From the NCBI RefSeq assembly GCF_006345805.1, contig NC_042999.1:29636001-29700000 (forward strand): DNA of 64,000 nt. Reading direction: 5' to 3'. Made by a program: the position numbers and the translations under genes. Of the stretch, positions 1 through 12,365 are shown one piece after another. The notes under the pieces were generated by a model, which was not told the origin of the DNA, did not search any database, and worked only from the letters and a program-made list of their open reading frames with translations. How positions within the stretch are numbered: the stretch's first letter is position 1; each line of letters opens with the position of its first letter. This stretch comes from Octopus sinensis (taxonomy: Eukaryota).

Positions 1-99
1 TATTATTGACATATAACATCCAGGCGCTATTATTTATATTTTTTCACTTTGCAATTCCATTCCTGTTATTCACAACAAAAACGGACGCGAAAGCTTTAA

Positions 100-620
100 T
101 ATTAGGCAATATGCATTTATAGTTCATCATAGATATTTCATCAATATAAGATCACTGGCTAAATTATACCATAACTGTAGAAATCCATTATATTAGAATT
201 CAATTAGATCATTTTATTGCTAATCCATCTCCAACTCAATGAAATACTTTCCTCCATATATGAATAAAATTATAGTTTCATAAGCCATACATTTTCCTCT
301 AGTTATTTCAAGCTTTAAAAGAATTCCTTTTTTTCTTTACGTCCTTATTCTGATATGGAAGGAATTGATTAATGTCACATATATGTATCACTAATATCCA
401 TATAATTGAGTCATTGAGATTGCATTCTCTTTGTATTTACAATTTCAAGTCATTCACATAAATTCAGCTTATTCATAAGAAGTTTTCATAATATAATGGC
501 GAACACCATGACAGTATCCGGTTAACGAATCTAGATTCCGCTTTCGCTATGCGTCTTGTATCACGCAATGTTTGAAATACACAAGAATAAAACAATCGAT
601 AAACTCTGGCAAAGGACTTC
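100..620 (-). mobile_element. Very decayed non-LTR RT relic, possibly R4/Dong clade
   Basis: Minus-strand fragments YVNDLKL and GKYF..LEMD only loosely echo the R4/Dong motifs YMDDLKL and GYKYLGILE.D; many stops and frameshifts. Confidence 0.3.
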
Positions 621-879
621 TTAATTGCCATGAGATTGGTATGAATAAAATATTGCATTGCAAAATGTCTTTTCTTGGATAGCTATGGTCAATTTTAATC
701 ACTGGCAATTAAAATATTTTCACATGTTACATTTTAAGTTTACCCCAATGATTTCGGGTAAAGCTTCATGTTATGGATGTAACATAATTACTTATTTCTT
801 ATTTATTTCTGTTTTACAACCAGGGTTTTATAATTCACATGATATGGATCAATATTATCACCGCAATATTTCTCACAAT

Positions 880-1211
880 AATGATGTTGATGATGATTTT
901 GATGCTCATGTTGATGATGATGATGATGATGGTGATGACGATTCTTATTGTTGTTGCTGTTGTTCTTGTTCTTGTTCTTCTTGTTCTTGTATTGTTCTTC
1001 TTCTTTCTCTTCTTCTTGTTCTTCTTGTTCTTCTTGTTCTTCTTCATCTCATCATCATCGTCATCATCATTATCATCATCATCGTCGTCATCGTCGTCGT
1101 TGTTGTTCTAATTGTTGCTGTTCTTACAGTTTTTGTTGTTATTTTTGTTGCTATTATTATTGTTGTTGTTGTTGTTGTTATTATTATTATTATTATTATT
1201 ATCATCATTAT
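880..1211. repeat. Compound trinucleotide microsatellite (GAT/TTG/TTC/ATC/TTA)
   Basis: Visible tandem triplets; they explain the low-complexity ORFs at 658-1556. Confidence 0.95.
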
Positions 1212-1850
1212 TTACGCTTTCCCTCGGGTAGATATTATATTGACACTATACCAACAGATCGAGCCATTACCGATGGCCAAGTGACCTTGGGACCATTCCT
1301 TCTTCAATATTCTAACATCTTTCTGAGAATCTTCGCTGTTCCTAACAAGGCCATTTTCCGCAAACCTCCCTTCCAGATGGTGATGTCTAGCATTCCAAGC
1401 ATTCATCCAACCTTTTACTTACGGCACCCAATGCGTTTCGCACTTGTTTATTCAAAATTAGATTCCAGTGTCCATGCTGAATTTATGAATCAAACCGTTC
1501 ATGTGTTTTCTCAGAGAATTTTAGTTCATCCATATTCAGCATTTGGTTTATCTTAAATCACCACCTCTCCAATCATAACTAGCATTTACCCTACTCAACA
1601 GAAATGAAATTGGGACCATATACAATACAAGCATTAAAAGCAAAATATTACCTCCTGAAATATTCCTCTCTTGATGTACACACGTTTCATTGATTGCCTA
1701 CATCATGTCACCGCAGACTTCCAAACATCTACACTGCTTACAAGAAACCAACGTTTGCTGCGTTACAAAATATTTCCAAAGATTCCACAATGCAAATATC
1801 TTCACCATTTCATAAGCTTTTGCATTAGTTCATCCAAAACATTACAAGCG
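1212..1850 (-). mobile_element. Internally deleted R4/Dong-clade LINE fragment
   Basis: Minus strand reads KAYEMV, IKRGIFQ, INQMLNMDELKF and FSMDTG..INKC (RT motifs), then jumps to the terminal motif KMALLGTAKILRKML. The 3' end abuts (TAA)n. Confidence 0.75.
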
Positions 1851-1891
1851 TTGTGTGCCTCCTTTTACAATCTGTAAGGATCGCCTTATCA

Positions 1892-1892
1892 A

Positions 1893-1941
<49 letters not shown>

Positions 1942-2115
1942 ATTTTATTTTAATAATGATAATTATAATAACATATCATCATCATGACCATTATTATCAT
2001 CATTATTGTTATTGTTGTTATTATTATTATTATATTATTATTATTATTATTATTATTATTTTATTATTATTATTATATTATTATTATTATTATTATTATT
2101 ATCATCATCATTATT
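1892..2115. repeat. (TAC)n and (TTA)n microsatellites
   Basis: Direct inspection. Confidence 0.95.
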
Positions 2116-2340
2116 ATCCAACATAGTTTCAGGCATATTTCTATTGCATAATTGGCTCTACATCCGTATTACTGGAGTTTGTAAAAATGTTTATTGTTTT
2201 TTTATTGCTATTTGAGTGCAACCACCTGCCTTGTATTGTGTCAGTTTGTTTTGTTATTGGGTCAAATGATATGTTGTATCAGTGTTTGTATTGTGCGTTG
2301 TGTGTATAATGCGAGCTGTCTTCTGTTTTATATGTGGCCT

Positions 2341-2638
2341 ATTGGTGTTCTTCACTTCTGCTCCAGAGCGTGGGCTGCGGGGTCACTCTGAAAAGCTCTA
2401 TCTACGACGATTTCATCTCAATCGAAGGAGAGGGGCTTTCTCAGTCCAGGTTGCGGATCCGTGGAATAAGCTGCCGGACGAGATAGTGAAGATGCCGACG
2501 ACTGCTCGGTTCAAAGTCTCTCTTGACCGGAAATGTCCTGAAATTTCTGTATGACCATCTTCCCTATACATAACTCCCTGTCCCCCTACTTGGCCTTGCT
2601 TTTGCTTTTGGAGCCAATAAAAACTGATTGATTGATTG
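2341..2638 (+). mobile_element. CR1/L2-type LINE 3' end
   Basis: LRGHSEKL...RRGAFSVQVADPWNKLPDEIV...FKVSLD matches the CR1/L2 C-terminal pattern RGH..KL...F..RV...WN.LP...FK..LD; short 3' UTR with a (TGAT)n tail. Confidence 0.85.
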
Positions 2639-3357
2639 GTTTAATTTACTTGACATTTGCTATTTAGACTGTCATGTGTTTCTGGATTGCTTCATTTGGG
2701 TTGGATAATTGCATTAAAAGTGTTTTGTGCTGGATGTAGTCTGTTCTTAACAGGGCTATTTTGGGATTAGTATATAGCGTTTATGTTCCAGTTCTAGCTT
2801 CTACGGTTTGGGGCATGTCTATTTTGGGGATTTTTTATCATGAAGAATGCTCAAAGTATTATTGGTATTGTCTTCAGTTCTATTTCCCACATCTTTAATT
2901 CTTCTCTTTCGAGGTCTGCCCCAACATCGTTCACAAGAATTGCATCAAATAGCGATATCAGACAAATGTGCCGGGCGACTCGTTTCGATGTTATGTTCGA
3001 TTATTAGCACACAACGTTACATATTTATTTCTAATATACAAGCACAGAGGCAATCAATTAAGGGTGGATCGCTTTCGATTATGTACTTCAGTACTAACCT
3101 GGTTCTTGAATCTATCGACCTCAAAACGATTCAAAGCAATGTTCACATTTGCGAAGTTAAAGCCAAATTGTAAAGAAAAGGTACAGAAACCGCCAACGAT
3201 TTTATCCGATTCATTAAAATTTTTGATGATAGGGATCTAAGGGAGTGGCAATTCAAACAAACATAAACTACATACTATACCTAAATTTTCAAAGCCCACA
3301 CAAATATGCATACATATGGATACATACATGCGCACATACACAAATACACGCATATAT

Positions 3358-3361
3358 ATTG

Positions 3362-3429
<68 letters not shown>

Positions 3430-3995
3430 CAACTATACATACATACATATCCATCCATCCATCCATTATCTATCTACCTATCTGTGTGTATGTTTGTATG
3501 CGTACGTGTGCGTTTGTGTATGTGTGTGTGTCTTTGTGTGGCTGTGTGTGCGTGTGTGTGTGTATGCGTGCGTGTGTAAAGTAACTGAAATAGACAACAC
3601 ATAAATGTCCTGGGACAAATTTCCTGCTGTCAGTTTAAAGCTGCTTAATAAAACAAGAATAACATTAAGCCATAGAGAAAAGTTTGACAGATGTCAAACT
3701 AAAGGGTTTTCTTTTCAAATGAATACCGATTTCATTAACAGGAAGATTCGCATAATAGTTTCTTCCTAATTAACTCACCTACTCAATCTAACTGCAAATT
3801 TAATCTTCTTAATATTTATCCCGTGTTGTAATTACTCAAATATATTCAATATATTTGATGGTGTTATACTGTTTTGTGAAAAATAACGTTCCCTTAGAAA
3901 TATATTTCGATACCAACTATTTATATATTGCAGTGGACAAATATTAATATATGTATGGAAGTGTTTGCGTGTGTGTGTGTGTGTGTGTGTGTGTG

Positions 3996-4029
<34 letters not shown>

Positions 4030-4030
4030 T
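3358..4030. repeat. (TA)n, (TG)n and (AG)n microsatellite blocks (3358-3580 and 3965-4030)
   Basis: Direct inspection. Confidence 0.9.
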
Positions 4031-4250
4031 ACTTGCAGTAGCATAGCTATGTATACACGTATGGAGTGTATTGAAACATTACTATTTATCTAAGAAAGGG
4101 AGTATACAAAATATAATGTACAGTAGATAATTTGGTTTTCACCATGAAACTGAATTTTACCAGTAAATTATTCATTACTTTACCAATTCTGGTCTAATAT
4201 ACAGTAGATTGGAGCCTTGTTAAGTTTCGAATTCGTATTCAAATTTAATA

Positions 4251-5490
4251 CGTTGGGTTCGTAATTAAGTTCCCACCGTTTTATTTTTTGATTTAATTTT
4301 TTTAAAGGTTTAATTAAAAATAACAACTAATTAAAGAGTAGTGTATTCAACCTTGTTGTATACAACTTCTTCTCAACGTTCAATCGGCTGAATGCTACTT
4401 CGTTGGTAGAATTCCAATTTCGACTCAAAAAATTGATCTAACAAAGCTCTAAATTCTGCAACAATATTGAACGAAACTCCGCGCATAGCATTTGAAAGAG
4501 ATCGAAAGAGGTGGAAATCTGTTGGTGCCAAATCAGGAGGGTACGGCAGGTGTGGCAGCACTTCCCATCCATGGGTTTGAGTGGCTTCCTTGGTCATATT
4601 GGCGATATGAGAGCGAGCGTTATCGTGCAGTAGAACTCCATGCTGTTGATTAGGTATTTTCTATTGAATAGCCGTATTCAATCGTTGCATCGGTTGAACA
4701 TAGCGTTACCCGTTGTCCGTTCAAGCAATTATTAATGGATAATCCCTTCCCAGTCCCACCATAGACTCAACATCGTTTTACGCGGATAAAGATCTTGTTC
4801 CAGGCGCGGTGTCGCTTGTTTACCGGGACTAAGCCATTCCTTACGCTGCTTCATATTGATGTACAGGCACCATTTTTCGTCGCCGGTAACGATTCGGTAA
4901 AGGAATCGATGTTCGTGCCCATGAGTTGCGCGGTGACGAGCAAGCAAACCTGCGGAGATTGTGGCTCGTTGAATTTTGTTGTTGTTACCTAAAGAATGCG
5001 GAACCCATACTCCATACTTCTGAACCTATCCCATCGAATGAAGATGCATCTATATAGTAATGTGTGAGCATTCCATTTTCACTTCCAGTTTCCTCTTCGT
5101 GTAAAAGTTAGTTTAATCTCTCTTCATCGAACTCAGCTGGATGGCCAGAACGAGGTGCGACTTTGAGGTCAACATTTTGATTTTTGAACTTGGCATAACA
5201 ATCACGAGTGGTTCTTCCAGCTATGGCACTCTCTCCATAAACGGCACAAATGTTGCGAGCAGCTTTTGCGACCTAAGAACCTTGATTAAAAGCAAAAAAA
5301 GTATGAGGCGTCGAAAATGTTCGTTTTACTTTACTTGACATTCCATTTTAAAGATCTGAAAATATACAGAAATTAGATTCTAAAATGATTCAAATATAGA
5401 ACTCTCGACAAAAATATATTCCAAACTTTAAAAACGCAATAAATTCCCAAATTAAAAAAAAAAAACGGCCGGAACTTAGTTGCCAACCCA
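4251..5490 (-). mobile_element. Full-length inactive mariner transposon
   Basis: Imperfect ITRs (gttgggttcgtaattaagttcc / ggaacttagttgccaacccaa), TA at 4249-4250 and 5491-5492, about 1.24 kb long. Confidence 0.92.
4373..5346 (-). pseudogene. Mariner DD(34)D transposase pseudogene
   Basis: Motifs EHFR...AARNICAVYGE, IVTGDEKW, VLLHDNARSH and YPPDLAPTDFHLF are present; broken by stops and frameshifts. Confidence 0.92.
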
Positions 5491-6210
5491 ATATTGATGC
5501 TTCGGATTTGACTAAATATTTTATATTCTTATTTGTTTGTCCCGCTTAATATTTCCACTTGTACGGTTGGCTGTCATCCACGGAATGTTTTTCAAATACT
5601 TTTGTTGTTAAGTCACCTTCCTGAACTTTTCTTCGATGGCATTTGTTTGTTTTTTTGTTTTTTTTTTGTTTTTTATCGGGGGTCATATATCTTTGTTTCA
5701 TTCAGTTTTCGTTTTCCTGCAGCTTATTAAATACCTCACGTGTTGCAGAACTACTGTCTTCTTTATTGCTTAAATATTTGTGCGTTTGTCGCTTATTACT
5801 TGTTTAATAGTTGGCATTTTTCTGTTGCCAAAATATTCTGTTTGTTCCCCTCATATGTATTGATATCCTTTCGGAGTCTACTGCATAATATAACCTAAAA
5901 TATTGTTTCATTTTTTCCTGCGACGAATGAATTTCTGTAGTTACTTCGCCGGTCCAATTGAGTGTGCCCTGCCACAGTGTTAGTTATACATCTGTTCTGT
6001 CACCAGAAGTGTACACTTCCGGCTCTTTATATACGATTTCCCAGAGTGTTTATTATGAAAACTTCAACGTGACAGAACCTCATTTCGTCTGTTGAATATA
6101 TATTTCTTTTCCGGAATATGATGTCTTCCTCCTCTTACTTGTGAGAGCACAACTGGGTATGCATTAATGTCAGTGTTAGCAATGTTTATTATTACTGAGT
6201 TTAAATTCAT

Positions 6211-6211
6211 G

Positions 6212-6278
<67 letters not shown>

Positions 6279-6505
6279 AGGCTGTGAGCTGGTAGAATCG
6301 TTAGCACGCCGGGCAAAATGTTTAGCGGTTTTTCGTCCGTTGTTACACTCTGAAAGTAAATTCCACCGAAGGTCGACTTTGCCTTTCATTCTTTCGGGAT
6401 GGATAAATTAATTACCAGTTTGGTATTTGGGTCAATCGAATGGATTGACGCCTTCCCCCAAAAGTTCAGGCTTTGTGTCAATAATGGGAAAGATTGTTAT
6501 TATTA
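6211..6505 (+). mobile_element. tRNA-derived SINE (6278-6505) next to a (TTA)n run
   Basis: Head gagctggtagaatcgttagcacgccgggc; body ccgaaggtcgactttgcctttcat shared with the copies at 9.7, 47.5-48.3 and 49.4 kb. Confidence 0.8.
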
Positions 6506-7716
6506 TTAACCCTTAATTCCTCGAAATCAATGAGGAATTGTGACAATGTGTTTCTCTGAAAACACAAGGTCATGATGTGTTTACATGTTATATTCTGGCA
6601 GAAAACGTTCAGCTTGTTATTTCAGTGCATATTCGCTTGCTACTGTTGCTTGGCAATATAAATATTTTATTATTTACGCAATTCGCATGAAATGTAACCT
6701 ATATTAATTGTTTCCGTGCCACATATTTCTGGTTGTCATTACAGGTAATTTAGTATGGGGTAAATACGTGCTTGTTGTACCTTCAATGGTAATTGCTCTG
6801 TCTGTTTTTAATTATTGGGGACTTCGTGTCCATCTGTAGATGAAACAGACTATTTACTAGAAAGGATATAAAATATTGCAACAAATATTCGTATGTACTT
6901 CTATCTTAACGATTAATTATTTTCTTTTTTTCTGGCATGTGAATTTATGCTAGTTTACAATGTTCTTACTTTTGCCGTGAGGTTTTCTATAAATATGTAA
7001 TGTATAAAGTGTAAACAGTTCAGGACATTCAAATGCAGATTATTACTGTATTCTAGTAGATTTAACATTCAATTTCATTATATTCAAATTCGAATCAAAC
7101 TCGGAATCCCGATTCTCATGTTTTTCTTTCAATACATCAATTATTGTGAATTGTGGATATCAAATTTTGCTTTTAACTACCAATATTTCTTCTCAACGAT
7201 GAAATAATAACTGTACTGTAATAGAACAGATCAACAATGGAATAAATATGCTCTGTCCATATGTTGCATTGATGTACAGTTATTACCGCTAAGAAACTTC
7301 ATTGGACACAGTGATCTATTTGATGTCAACAATTCTGTATAATTGGTTAAGAAAGGAAGCCGGGAACCAGCATTTGAAATATGATAAAGATAAGGAACTA
7401 TCTCTCATGAATTTTGTGAATATATTAAAACACTCTCTCCAAACAATTAATGGTGTACATCTTAATACTGGGTGCTAACAAGTAATAGTGATAACATTGT
7501 CTCATTTGCATTATGTAAATTTTAGTTTGGTGCAGCAGTCTCAACAAAGTAATATTTAGCATTGACTTACATTCCACGTTGTTTCTTCTGTTTTTCTTGT
7601 AATTTTCCACACAATCTAATCAAAATTTATTCCGCTTATGTCCTTAGGTGTGGGGAAAGCTGTCTTTCTAGCCTATGCAATCACTTTTTGAGAAAACGAG
7701 TTATCTGGGTATTTTT

Positions 7717-7721
<5 letters not shown>

Positions 7722-7756
<35 letters not shown>

Positions 7757-7956
7757 CGTTTCGGTTGTATAAATAAATTGTTGACGAACATTGTTTACAT
7801 GTTACCTCGGTGTGGAGAAAATAATGTTGGCGATAGAAAGTACGTGTGCTTCAAGAAGTCTAGAACGAATGTGTTTGGAGCCTGGGAAGATGAAATCTAC
7901 GAACAATTTGAATTCTTGTTTTGCTAGAAATCATACATATATATATATATATATTA

Positions 7957-7999
<43 letters not shown>

Positions 8000-8006
8000 T
8001 ATATAT

Positions 8007-8083
<77 letters not shown>

Positions 8084-8098
8084 TATATATATATATAT
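7722..8098. repeat. (TA)n microsatellites
   Basis: Blocks at 7722-7755 and 7935-8098. Confidence 0.95.
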
Positions 8099-9179
8099 GG
8101 AAAGCAAATTTAATAGAAAACAACTAAATTGTGGGTAAGAGACATTCCGCAAAGCAAAGGCAGTTATTTATGAATTAAGATAAACACTGGGCGTTTGACG
8201 TATTTCCATATTTTTGAGCGTTATGCAAAAGTATTCAAATATTAAAACTCAGACTTGACGGTGTTTTTCTCATATTAGACATATCTAATTTGATAGGTTG
8301 ATAGTTATATTCATGTACATTTAACGTAGCTTACAATCGTTGATTGTACCTTTAGCTGCCAAATTTGACTGCTTGCCCAAAACAAGTAGACAAATCATGA
8401 ATTGTTTGACATTACAGAATATTAATTGAGATGAAAATTAATATTTTCTGTATGCCATTATTCTTCAATAAATATGGTAAATAATATATAGTCTAATATG
8501 GTATATAACATGTCTTCTAACTTCCCATAATTTTATTGTAGCGACCTCAATAAATATGAATGTTACCTAAATACAAGCGGGCGATAAACATACGCATAAT
8601 AATTTACATAATGAAGGAAATTTTATTGCCTGTCAGTTGAATATTCCTTATGCGTCAATAGTATACTACTTTGAGTCCCTTGAAAAAATGGAATATAAAT
8701 AACTTCGATCTCGGATTCCTAAGAAAATACAATGGTAAACTGTTGAATGACAAAATACTAAATTCGTTAGTCTTCTATTTAAAGCAGATATCGATATAAA
8801 TTATCGAGTGGCCTTTACAATAGTGGACAATCACATACTTATCCATATTCAAAGAATAAAACATTTGCTTACCGTTCATGTAAATATAAAAGATGTATCT
8901 CAACGACATAGAAAATATTGCTACTCATTTAAGATGTGGATCTCCAAAAAATTAGTAACACTGTTATGTAGGTTTTGAAACCTAAATTACAAAGATTCTG
9001 TTTAAAAAGACAGTAAGTTAGTATTATTTATGGTGACATCCTTTTAGTAAATTTCAAATTATAATTATGCAAAAATTAATTATGAGTTGCGAATTCAAAA
9101 TAGAAATTGCATTATTTAGGTCCTTTATTGCACAACAAATTTCCTGTTCTCATCAAAAACTTCAAATTTTCAAGCATAC

Positions 9180-9400
9180 ATACGTATATACACACATGCA
9201 CACTCACACAGACGGACAGACAGACATACATACAGACGGACAGACAGACAAACAGATAGACAGACAGACAGAGAGAGAGATAGACAGACAGACACACAGA
9301 CACAGACACACACACACACACGCGCACACACACACACACACACACCACACACACACATTATATATATATATATATATATATATATGCATATATGTATGTA
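9180..9400. repeat. (CAGA)n, (CA)n and (TA)n microsatellites
   Basis: Direct inspection. Confidence 0.9.
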
Positions 9401-9674
9401 TGTGGATTCATGTATCTATGTGCGGGGATCGTGCTTATCATTCCAGTGCACTTTGAAGCGTAGCGATATGTTATAAGCAACGCTGAGATGGCAGCTTGTC
9501 TAAATTTGTCATTCTCTTAAAGAATACTTTCGTGTTGAAGATCACACTATCAGGTATTAAGTCACTGCTATATATTTTATTTATGACAGCCCAACGTGCC
9601 GTGTCTTTCAATGATTTGAAATATAATTCTTTATATTTTTAGATGAGTGTGGGTTCAAGGGGATGGAATAATCA

Positions 9675-9868
9675 TTTCTTCTCTTGGCACAAAACCCGAA
9701 ATTTCGGGGAGAGTGAAAATCGATTACATCGATCCCAGTACTCCAGTGGTGTCATTTTATGGACAACGAAATAATTAAAGGCAGTGTCAATCTCGGCGAA
9801 ATATAAACTCTGAACTTAAAGACGTGCGAAATGCCTCAAATGCTTAAAGATGTGCGAAATGCCTCAAC
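9675..9868 (-). mobile_element. Decayed SINE of the same family, with a 24-bp direct repeat at its 5' side
   Basis: atcgattacatcgatcccagtact and ctcggcgaaat are reverse-complement matches to the SINE body; ttaaagaYgtgcgaaatgcctcaa occurs twice. Confidence 0.65.
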
Positions 9869-10249
9869 GATGCATACACGTGCATATATCAGCCTTTATA
9901 TGTACATATAAACATATATACTGCCACATCTATGTCCCCCACCACACGACCGATATCCTGTCCTCCAAGCGGTCAATTTCCTTATTACCACGCGGTCGAT
10001 TTCCTGTTCTTCATTCGGTCGACGTGATGTTCCTCACGCGGTAGATTTTTTTGTTCACCATGCGATATTTTCGAAGTAATTGTCGCAAATACCTAAATAT
10101 CAGACTCATATAAGGCTTGATCTTTCTCGGGCAATCGCAGCTTAACGTCCACAAACATTGACTCACTTCGATCGAACTCTCATTTAGACTCCAACTATCA
10201 AGGATTCTGAATCAAACTGTTCTGATCAGAAATGTATGTATGTATGTTT

Positions 10250-10303
10250 ACATATATATATATATATAATATATATATATATATATTATATATATAATAT
10301 ATA

Positions 10304-10334
<31 letters not shown>

Positions 10335-10340
10335 ATATAT

Positions 10341-10396
<56 letters not shown>

Positions 10397-11069
10397 TATA
10401 TATATATAATATATATATATATATATAGTTCCGAAAGTTCAGAAAGAAAATATTTTGAAAGATCAATCATGAATATCATGACAAAGGGAAGGTCTGCTTC
10501 AAGGCAGAGAGCCAAACACTAACATTTAAAAGGGACGGACGAACTTGCGAGCTGAATAAAAAATTAAAATATTGGAAACCCAAGTTTGAAGGGAGAGAAT
10601 CTGAGGTGAGTAGAGTCACAATGACTGACATTTCTTAACGACGGACAGCAACTTAGTGGCAGGGTAACGGCTGGCGTTTGAACTTGATGTAAAAGAAAAT
10701 TCCTAAACACCAAGTTTTGAAGTGATACTTTCTCACGACAGTAGACTCACCCTGGCAAGCATTCAAAACTTCTTCATCATGGACGGCAACACATTGGCGG
10801 TTTAAAGGCTGGCTCAATTTTTTTAGCTTGATGTAACAGTGAATTCCTAAACACCCGCTCCTGTACGTTTTAATCCTCTTCACGCCCCATTTAGACCTCC
10901 TTTCACATTTTGGTTAATATAAACCGACTTAATTTGGGTCTACTCGGGCCACATTTCCTAAGATGAGGAATTTTGTCCTGGAGGTCACGCCTTTCATTTG
11001 AAGAAAACAATAGTTGGTATTTAACATAGGTGTGCATATTTTCAGCTCAACCGACCACATAATGCACAC

Positions 11070-11131
<62 letters not shown>

Positions 11132-11210
11132 TGTACATATATACGCATTATATATTTTTATATATGTGTGTGTGTGTGTGTACGCATTATATATACAAAT
11201 GTATACAAAT

Positions 11211-11268
<58 letters not shown>

Positions 11269-11340
11269 CAGATATATACACTTTGTATATATACATTATA
11301 TATACATATTTATATATAAAACACACACACGCACACATAT
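10250..11340. repeat. (TA)n arrays (10250-10427 and 11070-11340)
   Basis: Direct inspection. Confidence 0.9.
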
Positions 11341-11769
11341 AAATTTACCCAATAAATATCTGATTCGTAATATTTGTTCTCATGATTGTGTGGTGGTGAT
11401 GATAATCCTCTCTATGAATGCAGGCAGACGTAGAGAGAGAGAGAGAGAGAGAGGTCTGGCAAATGCGGCAGGGGAAGAATAGTAGATGCTGTCAAACGAC
11501 GTTATAGAGAGAAAGTGAAATGAAAGGTGGAAAGAGAGAGAGACGGAGGAAGACACGCAGATAAGAGAATGAGAGAAGACTTGTCAAAGTGGGCGTTTTT
11601 TGCCCTTTTAACAACACCTTTTCAGATTTTTAACCTAACCCACTCACATCCTCACCTCCTTTTACATGTCCCTGTAAATGTTGGAGTTAATCCGACGGGA
11701 TCTAGAGTCTTTTAACGAGTTCTAATGCGAAAACCAGACAAACAAACAAACTTTCTCATTTCAGAATTA

Positions 11770-12332
11770 TAGATATCGATATATATTATATTGGGGATAA
11801 TTTGCACGAAAATTAAAGAGTCGAAGACAGGTGGCACAGAGAACAAACAGATGTATTAGTTTAACGCTCGAAAGGTGAAATAGGCTTTAATGTTTCGATC
11901 CTACGCTCTTCCAGAGGAAGAACACAGAAAGAAACAAGGAGAAGAAATAAAGAATATGTAGTGGCTAGCGATCTACCATAGTGAATGCCAGACAGAAGGG
12001 TCACATAGAAGAGCTAGCAAAAAGGGGAGCAAATAAAGTAGTGGTGATCCCATAACGAGGTGCGCATGTCTGTGTATAAGAGAGTATTATGTACGTGTGA
12101 GCGAAGACTGGTGACATTGACATGTGCGTGTGTGTATGTGCAGGTGTGAAGATGTGGGGCTGGGAAGTAGTCAGTGCTAGTGTGTGCGTGGTGGTGTGAT
12201 GTGATGTGTTGTTGCTATGGTGGTGTACGGTGTAGTGGTTTGTAGTGTGGTCTGGCTTTGGTTGTAGGGGAGGCGACAGTAAGAAAAGCAAGGGTGGGGT
12301 GTGGGTTAGGCTGAGGATGGGGGTAGAGGTGG

Positions 12333-12334
<2 letters not shown>
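11770..12334. mobile_element. Probable interspersed repeat resembling a PLE terminal segment, ending in a G-rich tract
   Basis: Layout gataatttgcacgaaa...atgtattag...gtttcg...ctcttc parallels the 57.4-57.6 kb arm; no coding evidence. Confidence 0.35.

Positions 12335-12364
<30 letters not shown>

Positions 12365-12365
<1 letters not shown>

Noticed and set aside
658-1556. Long ORFs of 208 and 202 aa, and similar poly-I/L/Y/E/H ORFs throughout the window
   Set aside because: They are translations of di- and trinucleotide repeats, which lack stops in most frames.
11871-11920. Hammerhead-like string on the minus strand (ctggaaga-gcgtaggatc-gaaac)
   Set aside because: The core is not CUGANGA, the cleavage triplet is missing and stems I/II do not pair; at best a dead relic.
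12291-12334. G-rich tract, possible G-quadruplex
   Set aside because: One 13-nt loop and part of a low-complexity repeat tail; no independent support.
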